Source: an uncultured virus (IMG/VR IMGVR_UViG_3300031992_000081)
Taxonomy: Duplodnaviria > Heunggongvirae > Uroviricota > Caudoviricetes
Virus record (IMG/VR): IMGVR_UViG_3300031992_000081
Strand: one strand, 5' to 3'
DNA length: 64,000 nt
The notes under the pieces are model-generated. The model ran no database searches, was not told the origin of the DNA, and saw only the letters and a list, made by a program, of their open reading frames with translations. Below, piece by piece: positions 1-9,856 of this stretch. Made by a program: the position numbers and the translations under genes. Every line of letters begins with the position of its first letter. Positions within the stretch are counted from its first letter, which is position 1.

Positions 1-650
1 TAAACTTCAGTCGCTGGACTCTGATAATCCATATCTATTAAAATTTTATTTTTAAAGTAATCCAATTTTTTTATATTATTGTAATGATCAATAACTGGGT
101 AACTTCTAAATGGTTTGTATGATATATGCTCTTGCCTAAAAGCAGTTATGTCTTTATAAAATCCATTAGCTATAAAAACAGGAGCGTAATCAGACCAACA
201 ATCTCCAGGAGTTGCACTAAGTAAAATCCAATCATTATTTTTTGCTATTTTAATAAACGCCTTGGACCATGCACCATAGCCGACCACTCTTTGTTCATCA
301 AAAATAAAAAAGGCATCTTTAACTCCTACATATTTTTTAATATTATTCCAAGAGTCTACATAATAATTACAAATATAATTGCGATACTTATCATCTTCTT
401 TATTCAAAAGAAAAGGAATCGTTTCTTTTTCCCATTCCAAAGTATCTCGTTTTCTAGCAGTAGTTATTATGTATAAATCCTTAGATGTATAAAAATCCAT
501 TGGACTGTAAGGGTCTACACTGCCTCCTTGCCGAATATAATAGTATGCTAATGCAGTACGCGATTTGCCGGAACCGACCCCACCACAAAGGATGGAGCCA
601 GTTCTCAGCCTATTTATCGCATCTATTTGATAATCGTCAAGATTAATCAT
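1..650 (-). CDS. SF2 (SNF2/DEAD-like) helicase, N-terminal part; runs off the window start
   Basis: Not in the ORF track. Manual translation from ATG at 650: MINLDDYQIDAINRLRTGSILCGGVGSGKSRTALAYY (Walker A), FIFDEQR (motif II variant), ILLSATPG (motif III). Confidence 0.85.
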   Translation of the reverse strand, partial: MINLDDYQIDAINRLRTGSILCGGVGSGKSRTALAYYYIRQGGSVDPYSPMDFYTSKDLYIITTARKRDTLEWEKETIPFLLNKEDDKYRNYICNYYVDSWNNIKKYVGVKDAFFIFDEQRVVGYGAWSKAFIKIAKNNDWILLSATPGDCWSDYAPVFIANGFYKDITAFRQEHISYKPFRSYPVIDHYNNIKKLDYFKNKILIDMDYQSPATEV

Positions 651-1128
651 GAGTCTCCATATAATAGTCATTCGCGTCTGGTGCAAAGATAGACGGAACG
701 ATTGTCACCTGCATTTCCTTAAGATATGCAACCGGGTTTCCTGTTCCAAAACCATATGTCCAAGCAATGTCCGCAGTGCTGATCGAAACACTGTCCAAAC
801 CGTCAACCGTTACTTCATCGAGAAATGTTACGTTATCAGAATTTCCTGTCTTCTGAGCAATCTTCGGAGAGTTTCCAGGAAGCATCTTAACATTAATCCT
901 GATTGTATATTCTACTTCATTAGTACGAGGATTAATGCGCTCGTTGACACGGAATCCCTTAGATTCCATAAACGCTTTATCTTCAGCATCAATAAGAACA
1001 TTCACCGATCTAGATCCAGGATATTTTCCCTGCTTGCCGCTAAAGTTCTTATACTTAAGCTGCGCATTCTGAACCACATAAACATCTCTACCACCGTTTG
1101 CCGGTCTTAAAACTCTAACCTTTGACAT
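643..1128 (-). CDS. probable phage single-stranded DNA-binding protein
   Basis: 161 aa with KNFSG motif, beta-rich core and acidic/aromatic C-tail; lies between replicase and helicase; AGGAGG RBS. Confidence 0.55.
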   Translation of the reverse strand: MSKVRVLRPANGGRDVYVVQNAQLKYKNFSGKQGKYPGSRSVNVLIDAEDKAFMESKGFRVNERINPRTNEVEYTIRINVKMLPGNSPKIAQKTGNSDNVTFLDEVTVDGLDSVSISTADIAWTYGFGTGNPVAYLKEMQVTIVPSIFAPDANDYYMETHD

Positions 1129-1151
1129 ATTTTTTTCCTCCTAAATATAAT

Positions 1152-4100
1152 TTATACTGTAAAAGGTAAATCTATTTCTGGTGAATCCTCATTCAATTTA
1201 TTATTAGAATACACCACATTATTTACTATATAATCGTCATCTGAAACAAATAAATCGAAATCGCAGAAATCTTTAATATGATTCTTTGCTTCTTCCGCCA
1301 TATTATTATAGTAAGACATATCGATCTGAGATTTATAATTTTCTTTTAAAGCCTCAGCCTCTTTCCATCTATATCCTTTTGTTCCAGTAACAGCCGACAT
1401 TTTTGCTTCTTCATTTAATTCTGTTTCAACTTCAATCATGTCGTCGGCATTTACTTTTCTAAGTAATAGGCCTCCTCCACAACCTTCTTTTACAGGAATA
1501 AATGAACCAACTTTTCCCACAAAATGATATAAATGAGTGTTTTCTTTATTCTCATTAAAATCCAAATAAATTTCAGTTTGAACTTGCTTTGTTTCGCACA
1601 AATCCTTAAACTCTATTTGTTGTTTTGAGAATAGAGATTTAAATACGTAAGGACGTTTAAATTCGGCACCTGTTGCTGTCCAATAAAGTCCTTCATCATC
1701 CGGTTCCTTTAATTTGCCTACATAAACAGCATCATTAACGAGTAAAAGACGCTCAAATTCTTCCTCGACTTCAAATGTATAACCATATGATAATCCAAAA
1801 TCTTTTACAAAAGATATAATTTTATCATCTGGTTCTGCTATCTTAATTGAGTCTGTTTTGATATGAACAACCTTATAACCCATTTTCTGGACTTCATGTT
1901 TCAATGTACACATAAATAAAGCACCACGTTTCGCAACAATATTATCAATATTTCTTGGATCCCTAAATCTATTACTAAATGAAGCACATGTCAAACCATA
2001 TACACTATTGATGATAATCTTTAGTGCATATGCTAATTTTTTACATGATTCTTCGTCTTTCATATAAGGAACCAATATTCCATTTAATAATTTCTTTGCT
2101 GCTACTTTATCTTTATGCTTAACAGCGATTCTAGCATCAATAAGTTCATTAAATTTAGTTGTATATTTTCCAAAAAGATTTAATCGCTTGATACTATTTG
2201 GATGCATGGAAGCTACATCTAGACAAATAACATTACCATACGCACCCGGTTCTGCATATACATATCCGCCTTCTCCTACTAATTCGCCCATGTACATGCT
2301 TTTTCCATTATTAAATGTATATCCTGTAAACTGCTCAGCAAGATTTGTATAAACAAAACTCTGTTGCGGCTTTAGATCATCACCGAACATGAATTGTTCT
2401 GCACATACTCTTGTTGTGTCATTAGGACTCATTCCAGAGAGTTCAGCAATAATGCATCTAGCATTAAAATCTTCTTCTCTGTCGTGGAATGTTGCTTCTG
2501 TTGCGTCAACGTCATTTCCACAATACTCTTTTACTAAATCAATTTTATCATCGGGCACCGGTTGATTCCAGTCAAGAGGCAACTCCTGATGGTGCATACC
2601 CAAATCAATTTCAAATTTCTTTAGTGACTGCTTTATTGTGGAGAAGTCATAAATGTCAGCATATGACAATCCATAAGCGGCTCTTATGAAACCTTTCTGT
2701 TCTTTAATTATGGATTTACTTAGAGAATATAATTCATGAACTGTAAAACCACAGGCTGCAGCATACAAAATATGATTATCATATCTTCGGCAGTTAAAAC
2801 CGACTAACTTTAATCTTGTTAATCGTTTAATATCTTCTGCTGAAGGATTGACCAAATAATTCTTTTTATCTGATCCATCAAATTTCCATACTACAAGAAA
2901 CAAATTAGGAAATACTTCTATATCAAAGAATGCAATCCTATCATCTTCATATTTCCCTTTGGATTTGGGCTCATCTCGTTGTTCATATTCTTTGCAAATC
3001 CATTTCATTCCAACAACTTTTTTAACACAATAATCTGCATTATGTGAACTATTCTGAGCAAAATACATTACATCCGCATACCATTTACTCATATCATATT
3101 CCATTCCGCTCTTATATGCTTTTTCAAGAGCATCTGAAATATAATCAATCATTGGCTTAGTTGCATGAGGAGAATACTCTTTATGCAAACACTTACGAAT
3201 ATAAGTATCTAATGCCTGCTCATTAGCTAATACTGTAAAATCTACCATTTTGTCTACCGCCTTTTTTAATAAAGGCAATCCGGAAGATATAGTTGCGACT
3301 GGGATGTTATTACATTTTGTTAATTTTCTTCTAAGAGACGATCTTCCTTTAAATACTTTTACTTCAATATTTGTATCATAGATCGATGCCAGTTGTTCTG
3401 GGTCGCCTTGATAAATATAATGAAGATGTATTCCAGTTCCGCTTTTAGAAAGTTCCGCATAAGTTTTTGGCCATTTACTTGCTGCTTCCAAATTTAACAT
3501 AAAATCTTTTTCGCCTTTGTCATTCTTCAAATCGAAATCGATAACAATATGGTTTAACGGCGGCTTTACATAATGTAACTCTTTTGTATCTATATCTTTT
3601 AATTTATAGGTATTTTTACTCCAGGTTACAACTGGTGTGCCATCATCTTTTGCATACTGTGCAGGGCATTCTGCCAGCATGTTATCCAATAATGATTCTG
3701 TGCAATCAAGAACCAATGACAAGGGTTTTTCTGAATCTTTATTTTTATCAGATTTCTTAACATCCTTATAAACTTTATCTTTCTTAAAACCTTTATAAAT
3801 GGACCGAACCCATTTTCCATTTTTATCTTTTGCATAGTCTTCAAATGTTTTAAAATATTCAATCAATTCTTCTCTAAACTTATACTGAGGCATGTCATAC
3901 TTAATACTTGTCATTTGACAATAATCACGATAATCGTTCCATGCTTTCTGCAATGAAACTTCATCTTCTTCTGCATACTCAGTATAATATTCACGAATAT
4001 AATTGAAGAACACATCTGTCTTTTTCATCATTCTTATTGGTCTATAATCCTTATAATAATTCTTACCAAGTTCTCTATAAACCTTAAGACAATGATTTGC

Positions 4101-5060
4101 TATGCCACCTAATTCAAAATCTATTTGACTATACAAAGCATCATATTGCTTTACAGGTATTTTTACGCCGATCGGACTAACATCAATTAATCGTCTAATA
4201 ATACCAGACTGTGCATCTGTTATCTTAACCGGTTTATTAGTACCCATTATACACATAGATGTTATAGTATCCGTGTACATAGATTTATGCTTTAAGTTAA
4301 TTGTTATAGGCTCGTGTGACGTTATACTATTCAATCTTGTGTTATCTTCAATGTGTGATAGATCACCATCATGCTGAATAGCAATTAATGGATTTAAACG
4401 AAATGGCTCTAATGCAAATTCTGCATTGGCACTGCCTAAAGACTTTGCTACGAACGTACTATAATATCCATCAAATATTTTTTGAATGATATTTATAATT
4501 GTACTTTTACCCGTACCAGTACTTCCATAGAATACAAGAAACTTTTGAATCTTTCTTGAATCGCCGGCTATAATTGATCCTATGATCCATTCAAATTTCT
4601 CACGCTCTTCAGGCAAATATAATGAAGAGACAAGTTCATCATAAGCTGGTGTTTCTTTGTCTTCTAACATATACGGCAACTTTCTTGAAATATAATCTGA
4701 CTTTTTTGTATCGGTGTCATTAAACGTTATTGTTCTATCCAACAATTTATAATTGTCAGACAAACCGGATACATATTTCAAGAATGTGGACCACATGTTA
4801 GAACTATATGATGCCAAATATTTAATCTTTACTTTTTCGGTAAATGAACTCTTATTTTTGGCAACATAGTCGTCTAACTCTTTGTCGACCAATCTTTGTA
4901 CATCATATAAGTTAGTTGACCATAATCCAGCCTCTTCATCCCAAATAGCATAGAATTTAGAGCCTTTTACCATCAAATCTTTGGATGCGCAGACCTTAAA
5001 ATCGGGATAAACGACCAAATTTCCGCGTCCATTTGCAACTTTAATGGTGAAAAAATCCAT
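1152..5060 (-). CDS. fused replicase: SF3/D5-like helicase + primase (prim-pol type) + family B DNA polymerase with 3'-5' exonuclease
   Basis: Walker A YGSTGTGKST; primase motifs HIVIDFD and SKSGTGIHLHY; exonuclease FFDIE / GFNCRRYD / YCGNDV; PolB motifs LDVASMHPN, KIIINSVYG, HIKTDSI. Start moved to MDFF at 5060 (AGGAGG upstream). Confidence 0.85.
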   Translation of the reverse strand: MDFFTIKVANGRGNLVVYPDFKVCASKDLMVKGSKFYAIWDEEAGLWSTNLYDVQRLVDKELDDYVAKNKSSFTEKVKIKYLASYSSNMWSTFLKYVSGLSDNYKLLDRTITFNDTDTKKSDYISRKLPYMLEDKETPAYDELVSSLYLPEEREKFEWIIGSIIAGDSRKIQKFLVFYGSTGTGKSTIINIIQKIFDGYYSTFVAKSLGSANAEFALEPFRLNPLIAIQHDGDLSHIEDNTRLNSITSHEPITINLKHKSMYTDTITSMCIMGTNKPVKITDAQSGIIRRLIDVSPIGVKIPVKQYDALYSQIDFELGGIANHCLKVYRELGKNYYKDYRPIRMMKKTDVFFNYIREYYTEYAEEDEVSLQKAWNDYRDYCQMTSIKYDMPQYKFREELIEYFKTFEDYAKDKNGKWVRSIYKGFKKDKVYKDVKKSDKNKDSEKPLSLVLDCTESLLDNMLAECPAQYAKDDGTPVVTWSKNTYKLKDIDTKELHYVKPPLNHIVIDFDLKNDKGEKDFMLNLEAASKWPKTYAELSKSGTGIHLHYIYQGDPEQLASIYDTNIEVKVFKGRSSLRRKLTKCNNIPVATISSGLPLLKKAVDKMVDFTVLANEQALDTYIRKCLHKEYSPHATKPMIDYISDALEKAYKSGMEYDMSKWYADVMYFAQNSSHNADYCVKKVVGMKWICKEYEQRDEPKSKGKYEDDRIAFFDIEVFPNLFLVVWKFDGSDKKNYLVNPSAEDIKRLTRLKLVGFNCRRYDNHILYAAACGFTVHELYSLSKSIIKEQKGFIRAAYGLSYADIYDFSTIKQSLKKFEIDLGMHHQELPLDWNQPVPDDKIDLVKEYCGNDVDATEATFHDREEDFNARCIIAELSGMSPNDTTRVCAEQFMFGDDLKPQQSFVYTNLAEQFTGYTFNNGKSMYMGELVGEGGYVYAEPGAYGNVICLDVASMHPNSIKRLNLFGKYTTKFNELIDARIAVKHKDKVAAKKLLNGILVPYMKDEESCKKLAYALKIIINSVYGLTCASFSNRFRDPRNIDNIVAKRGALFMCTLKHEVQKMGYKVVHIKTDSIKIAEPDDKIISFVKDFGLSYGYTFEVEEEFERLLLVNDAVYVGKLKEPDDEGLYWTATGAEFKRPYVFKSLFSKQQIEFKDLCETKQVQTEIYLDFNENKENTHLYHFVGKVGSFIPVKEGCGGGLLLRKVNADDMIEVETELNEEAKMSAVTGTKGYRWKEAEALKENYKSQIDMSYYNNMAEEAKNHIKDFCDFDLFVSDDDYIVNNVVYSNNKLNEDSPEIDLPFTV

Positions 5061-5092
5061 GTGTTGAGCCTCCTTTCTTAAACGTGTAAATT

Positions 5093-5322
5093 CATTTCTC
5101 ATATCTCACAAATTTTTTTACTTTTTTTCTATATTTATTTTATTAACGTATTTTAAAATAAAGTGAAAACAGATATGAGATTGAGAAATTAAAAAAAAAC
5201 CTGGAAACGCCTGCGGCTGTAGGGTTTCCGGGTTTCGAAAATTTTAAAATTTCTCAAATCCATTTTGGGAATTTTTAAATGTCAAATATTTTTTAGGTTT
5301 TTTCGATTCAGATTTGAGAAAT
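5093..5322. other. candidate replication origin (AT-rich, palindromic)
   Basis: Non-coding gap upstream of the replicase. Long imperfect palindrome at about 5181-5260, four ATTTCTCA copies in alternating orientation, perfect 12-bp inverted repeat 5249-5260/5311-5322. Confidence 0.45.
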
Positions 5323-5347
5323 AAAATGCCATTTTTTGCCCTATTTT

Positions 5348-5929
5348 TCAGCAATTTTCGTTCAAAAATGCGTTCATTTGATACCAAATCGGTACATTTT
5401 TCTGATCATCGATCGGATTCTGTAATGGGAACAATCCTCCGGATCCATTATAGTCATAATTTCTTGATAAAATACGTCCGACGCATTCGTTTACATAGAA
5501 ATCATCCCACAATTTCCCATATGTAGCATCATCACAACGGTCTAAACACATGTTCGATATCATTTGCCAAAAATAGTCGCTTGTTTTGTCCATGCCAGGT
5601 TCGTACATAATATCGTTCGCCCTAGATGCCAATGCTATGAGAAATTCCAAAAATGTGCATCCATCAGGAAATGGAAATACTAAATTTTTATATTCTACAT
5701 GATGCGACTGAACATACACATCTCGTAGCATATTTCCATCAACCGCTCTATTTTTATCGTCAGGAAGTTGCCACACAAATGGATTTTCCCATAAGCATTG
5801 AATCAATTTAGAATAATTACTGCCAACATATACCGTGACTTTACTTGCAAGCCAATTTATATATTGATCGCGTTCTATCTCAGCACGAGACAAATATCTT
5901 GTTCCGCCCAAGATTACTCCTCCTTTCAT
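5348..5929 (-). CDS. hypothetical phage protein
   Basis: 193-aa ORF coupled to the upstream gene; true start may be slightly internal. Confidence 0.75.
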   Translation of the reverse strand: MKGGVILGGTRYLSRAEIERDQYINWLASKVTVYVGSNYSKLIQCLWENPFVWQLPDDKNRAVDGNMLRDVYVQSHHVEYKNLVFPFPDGCTFLEFLIALASRANDIMYEPGMDKTSDYFWQMISNMCLDRCDDATYGKLWDDFYVNECVGRILSRNYDYNGSGGLFPLQNPIDDQKNVPIWYQMNAFLNENC

Positions 5930-6459
5930 TCATCGGAAGAGTCATCGTAGCCAAGAACGTTCGAAACATAAGATCCAGGGTTGTAACGTACGCAATAAAA
6001 CGTTTCCGTATTTTTGTTATGCAAATATAATAGATCCGCCTTATCGGGACCAAAATATGTAAACATATCTTCAGGTATAGCAAACGGTTCATTGCTGTTA
6101 TACGTCTTCTCCTCGTCCTGATTGTACCATACTTTGTCCTTAGCAAAATATACTACATCCTCAAACGTATGTTCCAACGCTACAGACTCGCTTACAACTT
6201 CGATATGCCCAATATCATCAATATCCCCATTTGGCTTAAGCTTTTGTGCTACTCCGTCATCGGGCCCATCATCGAGCTGCTTAATGACTTCAGCACGTCC
6301 AGCTTTCTTTGCTTCATCGATCTTTTTCTGATACTCTTCTTTTAACGATGCAATGTCGGCTTCATATGCCTTAATTTCTTTTTGTCTTCCGTAATAAATA
6401 CCAGCTGCTAAACCGGTAAGTAAACCACTTAAACCGATCAATACTTTTAAGTATTTCAT
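5926..6459 (-). CDS. hypothetical protein, N-terminal TM helix + coiled coil
   Basis: VLIGLSGLLTGLAAGIYYG followed by a charged helix; ATGA overlap with neighbours. Confidence 0.8.
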   Translation of the reverse strand: MKYLKVLIGLSGLLTGLAAGIYYGRQKEIKAYEADIASLKEEYQKKIDEAKKAGRAEVIKQLDDGPDDGVAQKLKPNGDIDDIGHIEVVSESVALEHTFEDVVYFAKDKVWYNQDEEKTYNSNEPFAIPEDMFTYFGPDKADLLYLHNKNTETFYCVRYNPGSYVSNVLGYDDSSDE

Positions 6460-7448
6460 TCTTGTACCCCTCCAAGCTTTCTTAACGTACTATTTGCGAG
6501 AATACATCCTTCACAATTCAGGTCAATCCAGAATGCATCAGCGCTACGTACGTAACTTCCGTCAAATGGATCTTTCACATATGCTACATTATTGGGATCT
6601 CCGCCAATATGGTCGATAATTCTAATCTCGATACCGCCTTCTTCGGTCTTACCGCCATATTTCTTTAATCTCCAACCATCTACTTCACAATCCGGATCTT
6701 CATTTGATACATCAAATCCCAATCCATCATATACTTCTTTTCGGGTTATCTTTCCATCAACCTTTAGCTTTCTATTCGCCCACTCTTCGATCCTCTTTAC
6801 TCGAGCCATGTTGTAATCATTAGAACTATTACACCAATCTGCATCTCGACCAAGAGTATCTCTAGACATTAGTCGTGCATATTTGGAAAGCGGAGTTCCC
6901 TGAACAATATATGTCTTTTTACCTTGTTTTTCGACGGTTTGGCCATCATACAGCATCTGTTCCTTCTCTTCTCCAATTACTTCAGCATTTTTGGCTCTAT
7001 ATTTCTCGAGCTGATCATTTGCTGTCTGAAGTGCTGCTGCAAGTGCTATATTTGTTTTAGCCATAATATGATGTGCATGCAGAACGAGGAATGTACCACC
7101 CGCAAATGTTAAAACAGATGGGGCTACTGCTTTAGCGATTTTTCCTGTGGTACGTATCTTAAGCTTTCTTTTTGCTTTCTTGTAATCATTCTCGGTGAAA
7201 GGAACGATTTCCTGCTGATTATCCTTATATAGAGTAATCATACCTTCCGCCTTATGAACTTCACACTCTGAGGCAAGCTTATTATACTCGCTGATTTCTG
7301 CCTGGACTTTAATTCCGGCCTTTACACCAGCTGCAACCGATACAGCGAAGCATGCGATGCCTCCTCCAATCTCAAAGGCCGCCTGATGGTCACTAATAAA
7401 CAATCTCACAGGGGCTGTCTTAATTAATAATGTTTCTAAAAATGCCAT
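6456..7448 (-). CDS. hypothetical membrane-anchored phage protein; paralog-like to 20385..21143
   Basis: 330 aa, two hydrophobic segments, EVIGEEKEQMLY and a C-terminal GW motif, echoed in 20385..21143 (REIGQKKEEDLY, WGWD). Confidence 0.75.
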   Translation of the reverse strand: MAFLETLLIKTAPVRLFISDHQAAFEIGGGIACFAVSVAAGVKAGIKVQAEISEYNKLASECEVHKAEGMITLYKDNQQEIVPFTENDYKKAKRKLKIRTTGKIAKAVAPSVLTFAGGTFLVLHAHHIMAKTNIALAAALQTANDQLEKYRAKNAEVIGEEKEQMLYDGQTVEKQGKKTYIVQGTPLSKYARLMSRDTLGRDADWCNSSNDYNMARVKRIEEWANRKLKVDGKITRKEVYDGLGFDVSNEDPDCEVDGWRLKKYGGKTEEGGIEIRIIDHIGGDPNNVAYVKDPFDGSYVRSADAFWIDLNCEGCILANSTLRKLGGVQE

Positions 7449-7462
7449 AAATGTTACCTCCT

Positions 7463-8200
7463 TTAAATATCAACTGGCACTGGTTTTGGTAATGTAACGC
7501 GCCATGCTCCATTAGCTACTCTACGTTTGATAATTGTGTTGGGATTGAGAATATCCGGAGTCCAACCCCACTTTGTATCCTGGAACGTAGATGGCCAATC
7601 GAGTTTGGCGTATACATTTGCTACACTAATTGACTGATACTGATTTACTGTAAATAGCAGGTCGTCTATAAACGTCTCAGCTTCGCCACGATTTTCAAGA
7701 ATAATGTTATTATAACGATTGGGAATAGTAGGACTGCTAGGAGCAGGGACAACTTGATTATTAGGGTACATAGAGCTCCTATTATAGCCAGGACCAACAT
7801 TATAATAAGAATTATTATTAAAAACAGAAGAATAAGGAACATGATTATTATTACCTCCCATTCTCGAATATCGGCTAATTGGCATCCTATATGGGTCATC
7901 CTTAAATATAATTCTGTCTATCGATTCTTTAATAATATCGAAGAATGAACCGACAATATTTGATGTCAACTCTCTAATTGCTGGATTTACTACAGTTTCC
8001 ATGATAGTAGATCCGATAGATTCACCATCTTGATAGAATATACTATCTCTGGCGGCCGTTAACGCATTACTTTTACCCTCTATTGCTTTACCTTGAATCA
8101 CTTTTTTGGTTAACGCATCTTGTGATTTCATACTATCCGATAACTGGAAATCGCTGTTATCTGGAAAATTACCATTAATCGATGACTTTGGCAATGACAT
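7463..8200 (-). CDS. hypothetical phage protein
   Basis: 245-aa ORF with RBS, N/Y-rich linker, C-terminal KWGWT...LPKP. Confidence 0.8.
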   Translation of the reverse strand: MSLPKSSINGNFPDNSDFQLSDSMKSQDALTKKVIQGKAIEGKSNALTAARDSIFYQDGESIGSTIMETVVNPAIRELTSNIVGSFFDIIKESIDRIIFKDDPYRMPISRYSRMGGNNNHVPYSSVFNNNSYYNVGPGYNRSSMYPNNQVVPAPSSPTIPNRYNNIILENRGEAETFIDDLLFTVNQYQSISVANVYAKLDWPSTFQDTKWGWTPDILNPNTIIKRRVANGAWRVTLPKPVPVDI

Positions 8201-8223
8201 AATTTTACCTCACTTTCTACGAG

Positions 8224-8267
8224 AAAAAATATAAAGGATAGATGTTTCCATCTAATCCTCTATATTT
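8224..8267 (-). terminator. intrinsic terminator
   Basis: Hairpin with GAAA loop on the minus strand (GATG-GAAA-CATC) followed by a U-tract, just after 8284..8634. Confidence 0.7.
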
Positions 8268-8283
8268 AGTTTCCAAATCGATA

Positions 8284-8634
8284 TTACTCGATCGGAGTCT
8301 CCTCATCATTTCCGCCTTCTTCAATAGCCGGAACATCATCGTTTGATCCATTGATAGCGTTATTTGCCACACCGGCTCCTATAACTAGGATTCCACCGAC
8401 TACAACGGCTTCACCAATACCGATCAAGAGTCTCTTTACGGAACGGCAATCCACTTCCTCGTAAGTGCCATCGGGCTTCTTAACGACGACCTTGCCTTTC
8501 CAGTTCAAAGCCTCCTTGGTAATGATAACGTTTCCGTTTTCATCTCTGGTTTTCTTTCCGATGAGACTGTTTTTCACCACCAGTCCAATCTCCTTGATGT
8601 TTCTGAATCTTACCTTTTTTTCATTCTGTTCCAT
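8284..8634 (-). CDS. hypothetical membrane protein, stand-alone cassette
   Basis: 116 aa with C-terminal TM helix and AAGGAGG RBS; has its own promoter and terminator. Confidence 0.8.
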   Translation of the reverse strand: MEQNEKKVRFRNIKEIGLVVKNSLIGKKTRDENGNVIITKEALNWKGKVVVKKPDGTYEEVDCRSVKRLLIGIGEAVVVGGILVIGAGVANNAINGSNDDVPAIEEGGNDEETPIE

Positions 8635-8679
8635 TTGAGTTTCCTCCTTTAAAAATAATAAAATTAAGCATTTTCTGCT

Positions 8680-8710
8680 TTCTATAATATAGTTAACTTT
8701 TGACGCGAAT
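8680..8710 (-). promoter_or_regulatory. TTCGCG-N17-TATAGA phage promoter motif
   Basis: Same fixed-spacing motif as the eight copies at 29.26-31.55 kb. Confidence 0.65.
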
Positions 8711-8737
8711 TTTCGAGGTTTTTAAGCCATTTTTTGC

Positions 8738-9139
8738 TCATTTTTCGTCATTTTCATGATCAAATTGGTTAATTGTCATGCCGTAACGCTTATTAAGAGC
8801 ACCTCTCACATCGACCGCTAATGGCGTCTCTCCTGATTTAACGTCGAATATAATGGCCCTTACTACGGACTCCGGAAGGCGGAATAAATCTGTTATCATG
8901 CAGATTCTCCATCCTTTGGCATAAAGATAGCACATTGCGATGTAGTCCTCAAGATCAATCGGATCCTCAGTATTCATCTTTCTGCGTATCACACCGAATT
9001 CAAAACCCCGCTGCATCATACTACGTAAAGTATTACATGATGGGCAATATTTCAAAATATTAGCGCCAATCCCTTCAGGTTTAACAACATACTCTTTTCC
9101 GCATCTGTCACATTTACACTTCCACTCAAGTATTGCCAT
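8738..9139 (-). CDS. Zn-ribbon + HTH-like protein
   Basis: CDRC...CPSC, then GWRICMITDLFRLPESVVRAII (HTH-like). Start MAILEW follows GGAGG. Confidence 0.65.
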   Translation of the reverse strand: MAILEWKCKCDRCGKEYVVKPEGIGANILKYCPSCNTLRSMMQRGFEFGVIRRKMNTEDPIDLEDYIAMCYLYAKGWRICMITDLFRLPESVVRAIIFDVKSGETPLAVDVRGALNKRYGMTINQFDHENDEK

Positions 9140-9422
9140 TACTAGTTCCTCCATCAATCTGCTGTTTATACATCTTATTCATAGTGCTATTCTTAAGTGC
9201 ATTAAACGCTCTTATCAATGCTACATTCTGTTTCATCAAACCAATCTCACGTTTTCCATATTTAGCATTTAAATTAGTTTCAGATGAGGCGAAGTGGGCA
9301 ACCGATTTCTCTAAATCTCCGAAACCGGCTTCCTCAAGAACTTTAACACAATCTTCATTTGACATATTTAAAATGTCAGCTAGCGTTTCGTTCGTACCAG
9401 GTTTTTTACCATCAGACATCAT
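9126..9422 (-). CDS. hypothetical protein
   Basis: 98-aa ORF with RBS and coupled overlaps. Confidence 0.7.
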   Translation of the reverse strand: MMSDGKKPGTNETLADILNMSNEDCVKVLEEAGFGDLEKSVAHFASSETNLNAKYGKREIGLMKQNVALIRAFNALKNSTMNKMYKQQIDGGTSNGNT

Positions 9423-9823
9423 TTATCACCTCCTTTCGGATTAACCATTCTGCATCCGCATTTATCGCAGTAATCATAGCCGAGCTTATGATTGGGGTCA
9501 ATATTATGGGTATTGCCGCAATTTGTGCAGATCCAATCTTTCCAACCGTTATCGGCATCAACAATATTCCACTTGGCCTCTAGTCTGTCTCTTGAATCCG
9601 CATTTAGATTCATATCGTTAAGACTAATTTCTTCGATCCACCATTTGATATCGTAAATACCCTCGGATGCAAAGTATGATTTTTGTTTTTCATCTTCAGC
9701 AGCACGTTCTTTTCTGAATTCTTCTGCCGCCGGCTTAGATGCGAATGCGATGATCGGTTCCTGTGTTCTATGTCCTGCATCCCGGTTAAGACATCCTGTG
9801 AATACTATGAATATTCGTTCCAT
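9419..9823 (-). CDS. hypothetical protein with C-terminal Zn ribbon
   Basis: WICTNCG...YCDKCGCRM; AGGAGGTG RBS. Confidence 0.75.
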   Translation of the reverse strand: MERIFIVFTGCLNRDAGHRTQEPIIAFASKPAAEEFRKERAAEDEKQKSYFASEGIYDIKWWIEEISLNDMNLNADSRDRLEAKWNIVDADNGWKDWICTNCGNTHNIDPNHKLGYDYCDKCGCRMVNPKGGDK

Positions 9824-9856
9824 TTGTTATCACCTCCTTAAATATAATTTTATTTT

